64,000 nt of DNA from Promethearchaeota archaeon Loki_b32 (GCA_005223125.1 NJBH01000008.1:81206-145205), one strand, 5' to 3'. Shown: positions 46,936-58,056, counted from the stretch's first letter. Program-made: numbers and translations. The notes: generated from the sequence alone by a model not told the origin.

Positions 46936-47469
46936 TTAGGTTTTTTGCGAATCTCTATTTCTTAGAATTAATTTCGTTAGTAAATTGAATATTTTAGGCA
47001 CATTTTCACCAGTTTTAGAACAACACTCGATGAATCCCTCTGCTCCTTTACTCATTGCTAAATCCATCGCTTTTCTAGTAGAGACTTCCTTTAAATGGAT
47101 TAAATCTGTTTTTCCACCAACAAAAACTATTGGTAATTTATAATTAATTTCTTTTTTCACAATTTCAAACCAATCATCTACATGAGCGATTGATCCATAA
47201 TTAGTAATATCATACATAAAAATGGCTCCATTGGCTCCTCGAATATAAGATGGAAATAGAAATCTAAATCGTTCCTCACCAGCAAAATCCCAAATCTGAA
47301 GCTTTACCATTTCTCCATCTAACTCAACAGCTTTAAGATGAAAATCTACACCTAGAGTCATTGTAATATCTTGTTTAAATAAATTTGTTAAAAATCTATG
47401 AGTTAACGTAGTTTTACCAGTTTGAGAATCACCAAATATTACTATCTTAAACGTGGAAGTATATGACAA
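46936..47469 (-). CDS. Rab-like small GTPase
   Basis: GDSQTGKT, TLGVDF, KLQIWDFAGEERF, GKTD, CSKTG. Confidence 0.93.
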   Translation of the reverse strand: MSYTSTFKIVIFGDSQTGKTTLTHRFLTNLFKQDITMTLGVDFHLKAVELDGEMVKLQIWDFAGEERFRFLFPSYIRGANGAIFMYDITNYGSIAHVDDWFEIVKKEINYKLPIVFVGGKTDLIHLKEVSTRKAMDLAMSKGAEGFIECCSKTGENVPKIFNLLTKLILRNRDSQKT

Positions 47470-47696
47470 CCCAAATACCTGTTAAGTTTGATTATTAACC
47501 CTAATTTAAAGGGATTTTATCTGGTGTTATGTATAAATATAATTTTAGTCTTTAAAAATTTTACATTAAATTCAAATTTGTAAGAATCACTAAGGATTTC
47601 AAGATTAGCATTCTATTCTATATAGTTGTATTTTCCTTGCATTAAAATGCAAATACATAAAAACACCGAGTTTATTATCATATAGAAAATCATAAT

Positions 47697-48209
47697 TTGA
47701 TGGTATATATGGTAGGAACAGACATTTATTGTGGTTATAAGATAGAAAAGGCTCCCGAAACACTCGAACCTAATAATGAAATCGAAGGAATTTTCATAAT
47801 TGAAAATCGTGGCAAAAAGGATAAGAAGTTAAAGAAAGCTTTTGTTAGGATAAATGAATTGTATCTTGAAAAAGTGATATACAGAGATGCTGAAACGGGA
47901 GAAGAGACTAAAAAATATGAAGATCGGAAAAAAACAATGAAAACTGAAGAAGTTGTAAAAGGAGATAAAATTAAGGCTGGTGAAAAGAAAGAGATCAAAT
48001 TTAAGATAACTATGCCCAGTTCTTGGTCTAAAAAGAAGAAAAATAAAATTAAGGACTGGCGGTTGGAGATGTGGTTTATTCAGAAATCAGCGATGGTTGC
48101 TTCTCGTGGCTCCCATAAGGACGATGCAACTTGTATATTGCCAGTTAAAGGTTCAAAACGACCACCTTCTTTTGGCGTTCTCCCCAAGAAGGAAAAGAAA
48201 AAAGACTAA
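47697..48209 (+). CDS. Arrestin-N/SpoOM-like beta-sandwich protein
   Basis: P...IEG.F.I, I.AGEKKE..F.I.MP pattern; basic tail. Confidence 0.5.
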   Translation: MMVYMVGTDIYCGYKIEKAPETLEPNNEIEGIFIIENRGKKDKKLKKAFVRINELYLEKVIYRDAETGEETKKYEDRKKTMKTEEVVKGDKIKAGEKKEIKFKITMPSSWSKKKKNKIKDWRLEMWFIQKSAMVASRGSHKDDATCILPVKGSKRPPSFGVLPKKEKKKD

Positions 48210-48308
48210 ACTTCTAATATATTTTTTTTTCAATTCAGTTTTTGTTAGTATAATCCTAGCAATTTTTTTAAAAGAAACAATGCTCCCTTTTTATTTTAAT
48301 TAAAATCC

Positions 48309-50621
48309 TTAAGATATATCAAGTAATTTCTGTAAAAGTTTAAGAGCACCTTCTTTTGATAGGTTTTGGTTCCTATTTCCGCATTTTGGACTATAAATGC
48401 AGCCCCCACAGCCAGTTTCACATTTGCATGAATCTAGTAACTTATATGTTAAAACCAACAATATCTCTAAATTTTGAAATAGCAATTCTGAAATTCCGAT
48501 ACCTCCTCTATATGCATCATAAATATAGATTATTGGTTGTTGCTTCACAGGGTCAAAATCGATTGAAACTCCACCTAAATCCCAACGAGAGATTTGAGCA
48601 ATCGATGGAGCTATTGCTATCATAGTATGCTCAATTGCATGTATACAATCACCTATAGCATATCCCATCAATTCAATTTCTTTCTGATAATCAAACGGGA
48701 TAAGGAAAAAAACAGATTGAGTTTCAAATTTTATGAGTGGAATATCTTCTAATGGATGCCGTGAGCGAATCTCTTGAGTTAGAGTATCAATAACTTTATA
48801 CGAATAATACTCATGTTCAACTTTCACATTTCCAAAAAAAGCTTCGATATTATTGTTTGGACCAATTTTACTATTTGATATTATTTCTAGAGGTGTGATA
48901 TCTGTATGTTTTAAGGATTGAGTATAAAAATCGACATTACTTCTTTTCAAATATACTAACCTCTCATTTAAGTCGAGTTCATCTACTAAATAAGTTTCTG
49001 CTTCATATAAGTAAACAGCTCCTTCGTGAAGATCGCGGAAAACGAAACTTTCATCTTCTATAGTTAAAAATTCTTGAGTTATATTAGTTTTTAACAAAAC
49101 TTTATAACTCCGGTTCGAAAGATCATTTAACCCATACTTTTCATTAGGAAAGAAATCACTATTCCAGTAATGATGATCTCCTCTTTTCATTAATAAGGAT
49201 TCTGAAATCAATTCCTCCAAATATTCAACAAATAGATTCTTCTCTTGGATTCCAAATTTATTATATTCGTCAGTTGTAATTGGACGTTCCTTACTTGCAC
49301 AGCAGATATGATTTTTTAGGATATACTTATTTTTCAAGGTGATTAAAACTTTTTCTTGAATAGGTCCAAATAATTTATCTGGATTATGGATATAGAATAA
49401 GTCTAAAGGGTCAGCCATAGGAATAAGAGTAGAGATTGAGAGATCAGTTCCTCTACCGGAACGGCCAATTTGTTGCTTGAAACTTGAGATTGTCCCTGGA
49501 AATCCAGAACTGATAGTGGCATCTAAAGAACCAATATCGATTCCTAGTTCGAGTGCATTAGTGGAGCTAATTCCCAGAACTTTCTTTTGTTTAAAATTAG
49601 TCTCAATTTCTCTCCTCTTTTTTTTGCTGATTCCGGCTCTATAACTAAAAATCTTGTTTTTGAGTGAAGGTAAAGCATTTCTAGTCCATATAGTTTGTAA
49701 TTCAGCCATCTTTCTTGAAAGTGTAAAAGTTAATGTTTGGATTCCTTTACTCAAATGGCTAGTAAATAAATTTTTTGTTTCTTGATGACTTGAACGATAT
49801 TTTTTAGAGAGTTCGTCATATGGTAAATCCCATAGAATCACTTTTTTAGCACCAGAGGGAGAACAATCTTTATCTACCACAATAAACTCTTCACCTACTA
49901 ATTTTTCAGCGAATTCTTTAGGATTAAAGATCGTAGCACTTGATAATATCCATAAAGGTTTTACGTTGTAAGTTTCAAGCATTCTTTTCAACCGTCTTAG
50001 TAGAAGAGCGAAGTTCGATCCAAAAATACCTCTATAAATGTGGATCTCATCTAATACAACGTATTTCAGATTTTTACAAATTCGAAACCATTTTTGCTTA
50101 AACCAAGGTAAATAAAAATGTAGTCCATAAGGATTGGTAATAATAATGTTTGCATTAGCCAAAACCTGTCTTTTATCATTAGGTTCTACGTCACCATCAT
50201 ATACTCCAATTCTATTTTGTTTTATATTGGTTTCTTCAAGCATTTTTGATAGAACAGTAAATTGATCTCTGGCTAATGCCTTAGTAGGAAAGATATAAAG
50301 AGCCGTAGTCTTAGGATCTTGAAGTATTGATTGTAAAACCGGTATATTATAGCAAAGAGATTTTCCAGATGCCGTGGAAGTTACAATTGCAGTATTTTTT
50401 CCTTCACGAATTTTATTAATTGCTTCTGCTTGATGGTTCCATAGTTTAATATTGTTTATATCTAACCAACGTTGTAAACGTTTTCTAAGTGGGCTTTCTA
50501 ATTCACCAAATTGGGCATTCTGAGCTGAGATATCTTCAATATGGTGTATTTGACCGTTATAATAATCTTGAGATTTAATAAAGTGTAAAAATTCTTCGAA
50601 ATCTACCATAAATAGCGTCAT
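48309..50621 (-). CDS. DEAD/DEAH-box helicase with DUF1998 (Hrq1/MrfA/SftH family)
   Basis: HQ, TASGKS, PTKALA.DQ, DEIH, SAT, ALELGIDIG, Q..GR.GR, YD...GG.G, C.C..GC..C..SPKCGN.N. Confidence 0.93.
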   Translation of the reverse strand: MTLFMVDFEEFLHFIKSQDYYNGQIHHIEDISAQNAQFGELESPLRKRLQRWLDINNIKLWNHQAEAINKIREGKNTAIVTSTASGKSLCYNIPVLQSILQDPKTTALYIFPTKALARDQFTVLSKMLEETNIKQNRIGVYDGDVEPNDKRQVLANANIIITNPYGLHFYLPWFKQKWFRICKNLKYVVLDEIHIYRGIFGSNFALLLRRLKRMLETYNVKPLWILSSATIFNPKEFAEKLVGEEFIVVDKDCSPSGAKKVILWDLPYDELSKKYRSSHQETKNLFTSHLSKGIQTLTFTLSRKMAELQTIWTRNALPSLKNKIFSYRAGISKKKRREIETNFKQKKVLGISSTNALELGIDIGSLDATISSGFPGTISSFKQQIGRSGRGTDLSISTLIPMADPLDLFYIHNPDKLFGPIQEKVLITLKNKYILKNHICCASKERPITTDEYNKFGIQEKNLFVEYLEELISESLLMKRGDHHYWNSDFFPNEKYGLNDLSNRSYKVLLKTNITQEFLTIEDESFVFRDLHEGAVYLYEAETYLVDELDLNERLVYLKRSNVDFYTQSLKHTDITPLEIISNSKIGPNNNIEAFFGNVKVEHEYYSYKVIDTLTQEIRSRHPLEDIPLIKFETQSVFFLIPFDYQKEIELMGYAIGDCIHAIEHTMIAIAPSIAQISRWDLGGVSIDFDPVKQQPIIYIYDAYRGGIGISELLFQNLEILLVLTYKLLDSCKCETGCGGCIYSPKCGNRNQNLSKEGALKLLQKLLDIS

Positions 50622-50625
50622 TACC

Positions 50626-50685
50626 TATAATGAACTATCTCAATTAAAAATTTCAAGGGGAAGAGAATTATTTATTTATCGATTC
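50626..50685 (+). repeat. 60-bp direct repeat copy 1 (copy 2 at 52369-52428)
   Basis: 52/60 identical by manual alignment; flanks the beta-helix gene. Confidence 0.85.
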
Positions 50686-50698
50686 GAGGTAATTAAAA

Positions 50699-52327
50699 TT
50701 GTATTTATATACTAGATTATCTTATAAACATTATATAAATTTTCATAGAAATCAATTAAAAGCTATGTGCTTTTATATTAAGAATAAAATAACTCTCTTA
50801 AACATTTTAAAGAAAAGAAACATAAACTCTTTTCTTCTCTGTATTTTTTTATTGCCTACTTTCATGCTTATAAGCTACAATTTCCTCGGAAATAATATTA
50901 TCAATTCCAATCAAGACAGAAAGAGTAGTTTAATTAATAATACTCAAGAAAATATCCGTGTGAGTAATGGTTATCAATTAGTCGATCCTATTAATATTTC
51001 ATCATGGAGTGATTGGGCACTCTATCCTTTTATTACTGGAGATGGCACTGATTTAAACCCATTTATAATAGAAAATATTGAGATAAACGGTGCTGGTATC
51101 AAAACGATGCAATCAGGTAACCGTACTTTACTTGATTACACTTATGTAGGAATTTTTATTAATACCAATGGCTCGCTTATTATTCGGAATTGTGAAATAT
51201 CACAAACTTCTATTGGAATTCATTTATGTATTGGAATACCACCTGGGGGACAACCTTATCAGATTGTAAATGTTGAGATTACTGATTGTAGTATAGGAAT
51301 TTATAGTAGATGGACACATATCATAGTAAATATCTCAAATTGTTATATCTCTAATTGTAACTGGGTTTCAATAACAGCCACACTAGAGATAAACAACCAT
51401 TTAGATTATGGTGGAATCGGCATCTGGGTCAGATCAGGTGCTAGTTCTGCTATTGAAGATTGTTGTATTGAAGATTGCTCAATAGGGATGATGGCAGAAA
51501 TCGTAGTTGATATCCATAATAATGAATTAATAAATTGTGGGATTGTCCTTGGTAGGGATATCTCAAACTATGACAGTACTAACACTGTCAATGGAAAACC
51601 GATAGGCTTATTCTTGGGCGTTGATAATTTAGTTTTTACCCAGGTTAATGCATCTCAATATGGACAATTAATTTTTGTAAATTGTGCTAACCTTACTCTT
51701 TCAAATATTCATATCACTAAACCCTGTAGTATTGGAATTCAACTATTTTCTCTTGGCTTTAACCAAACGACATATTTGAATAATATTATATGTGAAAACC
51801 AGAAACTCGGAATGTATATCCATGGATATGATATGATTGGAGATAATCTATACGCTAAAAACTGCAAGGCTGGATTCTATTTTATTGGTATAAAAAATAG
51901 TAAATTTACTAAGGTTATGACAGATAATACGGATATACCTATTTATGCGATAACTGCAATCAATAATTTTACTATTGAAATTGAACAATCTACAAAATTT
52001 TATTTGGTTGATCCACTTGCTTGGTATGGGGATAAGCTCCATGTAGAATCTTCAGATGCGGCATATAATATATCTATGTCTTATATTTCAGAATTAGGAA
52101 TTCAAGGTTATACTACTCAATTTAATGATACAGAGACTTATCAGATTAGCCTTATTGTACCACCTTATACGATTACAGCAAATTTTACAGTCATCTCAGT
52201 CCCCCGTTATACCCGACCAGATACCTCTAAGACCATTCCAGGTTATCATTTTTTCTGGTTCTGGAGTGTGATAATAATGGGGCTCTTAATATTTATTGAA
52301 TCTTACCGAAGGTCTTACCGAAGGTAA
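50699..52327 (+). CDS. Secreted right-handed beta-helix (NosD-like) protein with IPGY-TM-basic anchor; start uncertain
   Basis: G.GT..NP.IIEN..I, repeated I.NC.I...GI, NTVNGKPI; tail TIPGY+TM+RRSYRR. Confidence 0.8.
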   Translation: MYLYTRLSYKHYINFHRNQLKAMCFYIKNKITLLNILKKRNINSFLLCIFLLPTFMLISYNFLGNNIINSNQDRKSSLINNTQENIRVSNGYQLVDPINISSWSDWALYPFITGDGTDLNPFIIENIEINGAGIKTMQSGNRTLLDYTYVGIFINTNGSLIIRNCEISQTSIGIHLCIGIPPGGQPYQIVNVEITDCSIGIYSRWTHIIVNISNCYISNCNWVSITATLEINNHLDYGGIGIWVRSGASSAIEDCCIEDCSIGMMAEIVVDIHNNELINCGIVLGRDISNYDSTNTVNGKPIGLFLGVDNLVFTQVNASQYGQLIFVNCANLTLSNIHITKPCSIGIQLFSLGFNQTTYLNNIICENQKLGMYIHGYDMIGDNLYAKNCKAGFYFIGIKNSKFTKVMTDNTDIPIYAITAINNFTIEIEQSTKFYLVDPLAWYGDKLHVESSDAAYNISMSYISELGIQGYTTQFNDTETYQISLIVPPYTITANFTVISVPRYTRPDTSKTIPGYHFFWFWSVIIMGLLIFIESYRRSYRR

Positions 52328-52368
52328 GATTTAAACATTTTTTCTATTAGATTTTTTAATTCAAAACT

Positions 52369-52428
52369 TATAATGAACCAACTCAATTAAAAATTGCAAA
52401 GAGAAAAGAATTAATTATTTATCTATTC
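52369..52428 (+). repeat. 60-bp direct repeat copy 2
   Basis: Matches 50626-50685. Confidence 0.85.
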
Positions 52429-52509
52429 AATTGCTAGAATTTAAAAAATATTAATATTTTATTCATATCAAATCAAATTTATATAAATAGAAATTTATTT
52501 ATTTTTATA

Positions 52510-53517
52510 ATGTCTGGTTCTGAATGGAAAAAAGTTGATTTTCAGCAATTTGTTAATAACTTTGGTAATGAAATTGTAATTAAAAATACTCCAGAGATAT
52601 TATATTCAAAAAAAGATAAAGAGCATGAAGCATATAATTCCTTAATTGCTTTCTTTTTTATTACTGGTGCATTACTTATCTATATTGCACTCTCATATTT
52701 TTTGGCATCAATATACTTCAGTTTGACACTCTCCGTTATAATTTTACTCATCGGAGTAATTGTCGATATATTTTTAATTGTTAATATTATTAAATTTAAT
52801 GTTTACATCAGGCCATTAGAGTGTTGGGTTGAGGTTTATAAAGGTAAATCTGAAGGTGTTTTTGAATATTATTGTTTTACTTATTATCCGATTTTTACCG
52901 GAAAATGCCATCCAAATGAAGCTACAAATGTAATATTAAAATTATATCAAGAACAGATAATTAAAAGTAAAATAGATATAACTCAAATTGAAATTTATTT
53001 TAAATTTACCCAAGAAGAGAATAACGATGTAGAAAAATTAGGATATTTCTTTCAATATGCTGAGGGACGTCCTTTCAGAGATGATAAAATTAATCGAAAT
53101 TCTTGGAAATATTTCCCCTCTGAACGATCAGGATTAGAGAATTATATTGCTATTGGAAATTGGGATCATCAATATGAATGGAAAAATGATCTGGAATTTG
53201 ATTTCGACAAACTTCATGAATATGCACCCTGGGTTATTCAAAAGTGGAATGAAATTAATTTGAAACCCTTAACTGAGGAATATAAGGTAAAAATTAATTG
53301 GAATTTACGATTCATTGAATCTATACCAAAATTAAAACCTTGGGAAGGAAATTTGGATAGTCAAACCTACGAGAACCCTAAAGCACATAAAGATCTGGAA
53401 ATTGTTAATGAGGTTATTACTAAAATTATTGGACAAGATAAGGAAATTGAAAAAATAAAAGATATAAAAGATGAGATACCAATAATTAAAGCATATTTTA
53501 GAGATTTAGGTTCTTAA
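52510..53517 (+). CDS. Hypothetical membrane protein (2 TM)
   Basis: 335-aa ORF with a TM hairpin near the N-terminus. Confidence 0.7.
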   Translation: MSGSEWKKVDFQQFVNNFGNEIVIKNTPEILYSKKDKEHEAYNSLIAFFFITGALLIYIALSYFLASIYFSLTLSVIILLIGVIVDIFLIVNIIKFNVYIRPLECWVEVYKGKSEGVFEYYCFTYYPIFTGKCHPNEATNVILKLYQEQIIKSKIDITQIEIYFKFTQEENNDVEKLGYFFQYAEGRPFRDDKINRNSWKYFPSERSGLENYIAIGNWDHQYEWKNDLEFDFDKLHEYAPWVIQKWNEINLKPLTEEYKVKINWNLRFIESIPKLKPWEGNLDSQTYENPKAHKDLEIVNEVITKIIGQDKEIEKIKDIKDEIPIIKAYFRDLGS

Positions 53518-55069
53518 ACATTTGTTTGTTTCTTTTATAGATGCTTATGAATTCATTAAATAATTTATCATAAATTTTCTTATTCTCAAGATTTGGTGTG
53601 AATATTTTTTTAACTTTAATTAATGGTACAGCATCTGAAAAACCATTTAAAATACCTAATCCTACCATTGATATTATTGCAGAACCTTTAGCGGCAGCCA
53701 AATCAGGTTCTTCCATCTGAACAATCTTTCGCTCAAGTATATCTGATAGGATTTGACACCAAACATCGGATTTGGCTCCTCCCCCAATACAATTAATCTC
53801 ATCTGATTTTCCTATTAATTTTTCTATATAAACTAAAGCCCATTTTATATTGTACGCGACCCCTTCATAGACGGATCTCAAAACTTCATCTCTTGTATGC
53901 TCAAGACTTAGATTATAGAAACCTCCTCGAACATTTGGATCATTTATTGGGCTTCTTTCCCCAAACATCCATGGTGTGAAAATAAGATTTTTGGATCCAA
54001 CTTCGGATTTTGCAACAAGTGAATCTAAATATGAGTAGAATTCATTTGAACTTCCATTAAATCCATCCTTCTCACCTCTAAATAATTGTTGTATAGTCCA
54101 ATCAAGACATTTAGCACCAGTCTCTTGTTTTGAAATGCATAAATAATTTTCTTGAGCAGAACTTATACTCCCGGCATAATGGGTGATATCTATTAATCTT
54201 TTTGACGTGTGGGCAGCTACCCAATCTGCCGTTCCTATACATACGATGAGTATATTATCTAAAATTCCACCAGACCCTAATGCAGAAGAAGTTAAATCAC
54301 CAGAACTTACAAACACAGGAATTCCAGATTTCAAGCCTAATTCTTTAGAAGCTTCAGTGGTTAATTCTCCGGCAAGTTCAGTAGATTTTTTTATTTCAGG
54401 TAATTTCATTCTATCAATTTTAAATTTTCTTAGAATTTTATCTGACCATTCAAAGATACCAGGATTAGTATTCATCATCCAAGATGTATGACCTAAATCT
54501 CTTGAAGTTATAGCATTTTTAGTACATTTATAAATAACAAAATCTTTCACACTTAGAAATTTATATACTTTTTCATAAATTTCTGGTTTATTTTCCTTAA
54601 TCCATAAAATATGAGAAATAGGATCTTTTCCATTAAATCCAGGAGCACCTCCTGTGATTTTGAGAAACATAAGTATATTTTTTAATCCATAACCAGAAAT
54701 TTTTATAATACCTTTGGAAAATTTTCGAGTTAATGGTGCCGCACGTGTATCTAACCAGTTAATACAATTCATTAGCGGATTACCATTATTATCTATTGGA
54801 ACGGTGCAATTCATTTGACAATCTAATGCTAACGTTATAATTTCATCAGGATCTATATTATTCTGCTGAATCAAGGTATGAGTAGATTCTTTCACTGCAT
54901 CCCAATAATCTTCTGGATTTTGTTCCGCCCATCCGGGTTTTGGATAATATAAAGGATAATCAACTTTTATTTGAGAAATTACATCTAAATTTAAATTGAA
55001 TAAGACAGCTTTATTACCAGAAGTACCTAAATCATGAGTTAAAATATATTTTCCTTTCATAGTTATCAC
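53498..55069 (-). CDS. FGGY-family carbohydrate kinase (xylulokinase-like)
   Basis: DLGTSG.K, PGWAEQ, W.D.R, GERSP, EGVA, GGGAKS..W.QI. Confidence 0.92.
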   Translation of the reverse strand: MITMKGKYILTHDLGTSGNKAVLFNLNLDVISQIKVDYPLYYPKPGWAEQNPEDYWDAVKESTHTLIQQNNIDPDEIITLALDCQMNCTVPIDNNGNPLMNCINWLDTRAAPLTRKFSKGIIKISGYGLKNILMFLKITGGAPGFNGKDPISHILWIKENKPEIYEKVYKFLSVKDFVIYKCTKNAITSRDLGHTSWMMNTNPGIFEWSDKILRKFKIDRMKLPEIKKSTELAGELTTEASKELGLKSGIPVFVSSGDLTSSALGSGGILDNILIVCIGTADWVAAHTSKRLIDITHYAGSISSAQENYLCISKQETGAKCLDWTIQQLFRGEKDGFNGSSNEFYSYLDSLVAKSEVGSKNLIFTPWMFGERSPINDPNVRGGFYNLSLEHTRDEVLRSVYEGVAYNIKWALVYIEKLIGKSDEINCIGGGAKSDVWCQILSDILERKIVQMEEPDLAAAKGSAIISMVGLGILNGFSDAVPLIKVKKIFTPNLENKKIYDKLFNEFISIYKRNKQMFKNLNL

Positions 55070-55229
55070 ATATTTATTTTATTATCTATTTGTATATTGT
55101 TTGAATTATTAATAAAATTAAAAAATTCCATTAGGTATAATATCATTATAAAAACTTATAAAAAATTAATTTGTAATTCTTTAAAATTAAATTACACTTC
55201 ATTAAAGAAAAAAAGAGGTTAGTTAGAAA

Positions 55230-56651
55230 TTGGAATCTTTGAAAAGTGTCTCTAGTCTTGAAATTCCAACTAATAAGATATTCTATGATAAAAAAACTAA
55301 TATATTATCTATAGAGATAATAGATTTTATGTTTGTTGGGACATATAAAAAATCAACAAGGATAGCTAAAGTAATCGATGATATTTTTTCATCTTTCGGG
55401 GAAATTCAATTGAATCGTAGTGAAATTTATTTTATAGATTTTGTCACTAGTGCCAGGATTGCTGAAACTACTAAAATAAAAAATTTAAAATTATCAAAGA
55501 AAAAAAAAGCAGAGAAAAAAGAGGAAAAACCAGAAAAAAAAAAGGGAAAGCTTGGAAAAAAAGACAAAATTGCAGAAAAACGGAAAGATGAAGTTTTTGA
55601 AATTGAAGCAGAAGAAATGTATGATGAAGATTATGAAATATTGTCATCAATGGATGATAATGCAAAATATAAAGAAGAAGCGTTTGAGGAAGAGAAAGCG
55701 TTAAAAAGAGATGTTAGGGAAAGGGAAGAAACTAGAAGATTGCAAGAAACTCCAAAAACTAAAAAAAAGACTCGATCACTACCGTCACCTGCACCTAGAG
55801 CTAGCGCTCCACCTCCTCCTGGTGCTGGTGCACCTGCTGTACCCCCTGCTGTCAGTCCACCACCTCCTTCTGATGCTTTTACAGGACCATCGGAACCACC
55901 ATCAAAACCGATGCTTGAATCTTCTGCAGTCATTTCCGAAGAACCTCAACCAACAGTATATGAGATTAATATGGGCCTTCAATATTATTCTGTTATGATG
56001 GAGCAAAGGAGCTATTTATTTTATGTATATTTTTCACATAAAGAATTGAAGATTGTAGATGAAGAGGGTAAGACCATATATGAAACTACGTTTACAATAG
56101 TAACTACTAAGAAGGAACCTCCAGTTTTGGATCTTAAAATTGAAGGAGAAGGTTTTGAAGTGCATCCGATATTTGGGAAAGTTGAAGTTAAAAAGAATGC
56201 TGTTAATCCACCTGTTATGATTTTTTCTATCATGCCACTGAAATCTGATAAAAAAAAAAAAAAGAAAAAAGAAACTGAGAGAAGATTTTTAAATGTGTAT
56301 ATAGAATTTGAAGAAGCAATAATTAGCCATACAGTCTTATCTATTATTGTTCAACCAAAGTATTTTAAACTCGATCTTGGACCAATCCATCTAAATCTTA
56401 GCAAACGAACTGCAGCAATAATATCGTTTATCTCTATTTTAATAGCGGGAATTTCTTTGGTCTATACATTATTCGCTTGGGATCCTTCATCTAGTTTTAC
56501 TGATATTTTAAGTGGTTTTTCCCCTGGTTTAGGGTCGATTGTATTTTTTGCTATTTTTTTGGTTACTTTATTGAAAGAGGGAGTATTTCCATTAAAACAA
56601 AAAATAAGTGCATTTCTAAACTTTGATCAAGCTGGAATAATTCAAAAATAA
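55230..56651 (+). CDS. Hypothetical protein with K/E-rich and Pro-rich regions and C-terminal TM hairpin
   Basis: 473-aa ORF; low-complexity middle; two TMs at the C-terminus. Confidence 0.7.
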   Translation: MESLKSVSSLEIPTNKIFYDKKTNILSIEIIDFMFVGTYKKSTRIAKVIDDIFSSFGEIQLNRSEIYFIDFVTSARIAETTKIKNLKLSKKKKAEKKEEKPEKKKGKLGKKDKIAEKRKDEVFEIEAEEMYDEDYEILSSMDDNAKYKEEAFEEEKALKRDVREREETRRLQETPKTKKKTRSLPSPAPRASAPPPPGAGAPAVPPAVSPPPPSDAFTGPSEPPSKPMLESSAVISEEPQPTVYEINMGLQYYSVMMEQRSYLFYVYFSHKELKIVDEEGKTIYETTFTIVTTKKEPPVLDLKIEGEGFEVHPIFGKVEVKKNAVNPPVMIFSIMPLKSDKKKKKKKETERRFLNVYIEFEEAIISHTVLSIIVQPKYFKLDLGPIHLNLSKRTAAIISFISILIAGISLVYTLFAWDPSSSFTDILSGFSPGLGSIVFFAIFLVTLLKEGVFPLKQKISAFLNFDQAGIIQK

Positions 56652-57000
56652 GTAATGTGCGATTTTGAAAATAAGCTATTCTATTAAACTTTTTTTTTTA
56701 TTTGTAAAATATTATATTTTACTCTTCTATAAATGTATCTAACTTTTCCTGATATTAGTGTTGAATTTTAATGCACATTTGTTTGGTAAATCGTCTGGCT
56801 ATAAATTGCTGAAAATCAACCGGATTTGGCTTATCAGTCAACATTAATCATCTATAAGAACGCTTTTTTTACCCGGAAATTTACCATACTCTTTCAAAGT
56901 AACACCTTATTATTGAACATTTAGATTCCTATAAGACTAAATTAGAATACAGAATGAGCACGTTTATTAAGATTATCTTTTAACATGATTAAAACAAAAA

Positions 57001-58056
57001 TTGGTCTACAGGAGAAATTTATTCAAATTAATTTTAATTATAAATATGAATAAATCAATTGAAGAAGAAACACAAGTAATATATTCAGATCCTATTCAAT
57101 TCAATGAGAATAAACATTCAACTGAATTTATCATCGAAGTTCAAGATCTAAAAAAGTCGTTCAATGGTATTAAAGCAGTTGATGGTATTAGTCTTAGAGT
57201 TCATAAAGGTGAATTATTTTCACTTTTAGGTCCTAATGGAGCGGGGAAATCTACAACAATTAGAATGCTTACCACCGTATTAAAACCCACGAATGGAGAC
57301 GCAAGAATAAAGGATTATAGCCTAATAAAAGAAAAAAATAAAATTAAACCACTTATTGGAGTATGTCCTCAAGAAAATGTTATTTTTGAAGCCTTAACAG
57401 CAGAAGATAATGTGGAATTTGTTGGTCGCATGCATGGAATGGATCCTGCTGACATAAAAAAACGCACGAAAACCTTATTAGAGAAAATGAATATTGCAGG
57501 ACGAAAAAAGGCCGCAAAATCATTTTCTGGGGGAATGAAACGACGATTAAATCTTATAATGAGCCTTATTCATCAACCACAAATTCTATTTCTTGATGAA
57601 CCGAGCGCGGGGTTAGATCCTCAAGCAAGACGCCTTGTGTGGGATTTTATAAAGGATCTTAAAAATACAGGCGTGACAATCATCCTCACTACCCATGATA
57701 TGCTAGAGGCTGATGTGCTAAGTGATCATATTGCAATCATGGACTATGGTAAAATCATTGCTTTTGGAACCTTAGAAGAACTAAAAAGGAGTTCGAATAA
57801 CGGAAATATTCTTGAATTTAGGTTTTCTTCCAGAGAAGAGCTCATTCAAGCAAAAAACAAGTTAAAACATATAGATAAAGTGAAAAAAATCACAGAAATG
57901 GAGAACAATAAGTTAATTATTTCCTTTACTGGAGGAGTTAAAACTTTTAAACGAGAAATTTTACGCGAGATAAAATCGTTTAACGCTTTACACTTTAGGG
58001 AAGATTCTCTTGAAGATATATTCTTAAAATTAACTGGTAGGGGGCTACGCGACTAA
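57001..58056 (+). CDS. ABC-2 exporter ATP-binding protein (DrrA-like); start probably 57046
   Basis: GPNGAGKST, FSGGMKRR, LDEP..GLDP, TTH, SLED.F..LTG. Confidence 0.93.
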   Translation: MVYRRNLFKLILIINMNKSIEEETQVIYSDPIQFNENKHSTEFIIEVQDLKKSFNGIKAVDGISLRVHKGELFSLLGPNGAGKSTTIRMLTTVLKPTNGDARIKDYSLIKEKNKIKPLIGVCPQENVIFEALTAEDNVEFVGRMHGMDPADIKKRTKTLLEKMNIAGRKKAAKSFSGGMKRRLNLIMSLIHQPQILFLDEPSAGLDPQARRLVWDFIKDLKNTGVTIILTTHDMLEADVLSDHIAIMDYGKIIAFGTLEELKRSSNNGNILEFRFSSREELIQAKNKLKHIDKVKKITEMENNKLIISFTGGVKTFKREILREIKSFNALHFREDSLEDIFLKLTGRGLRD

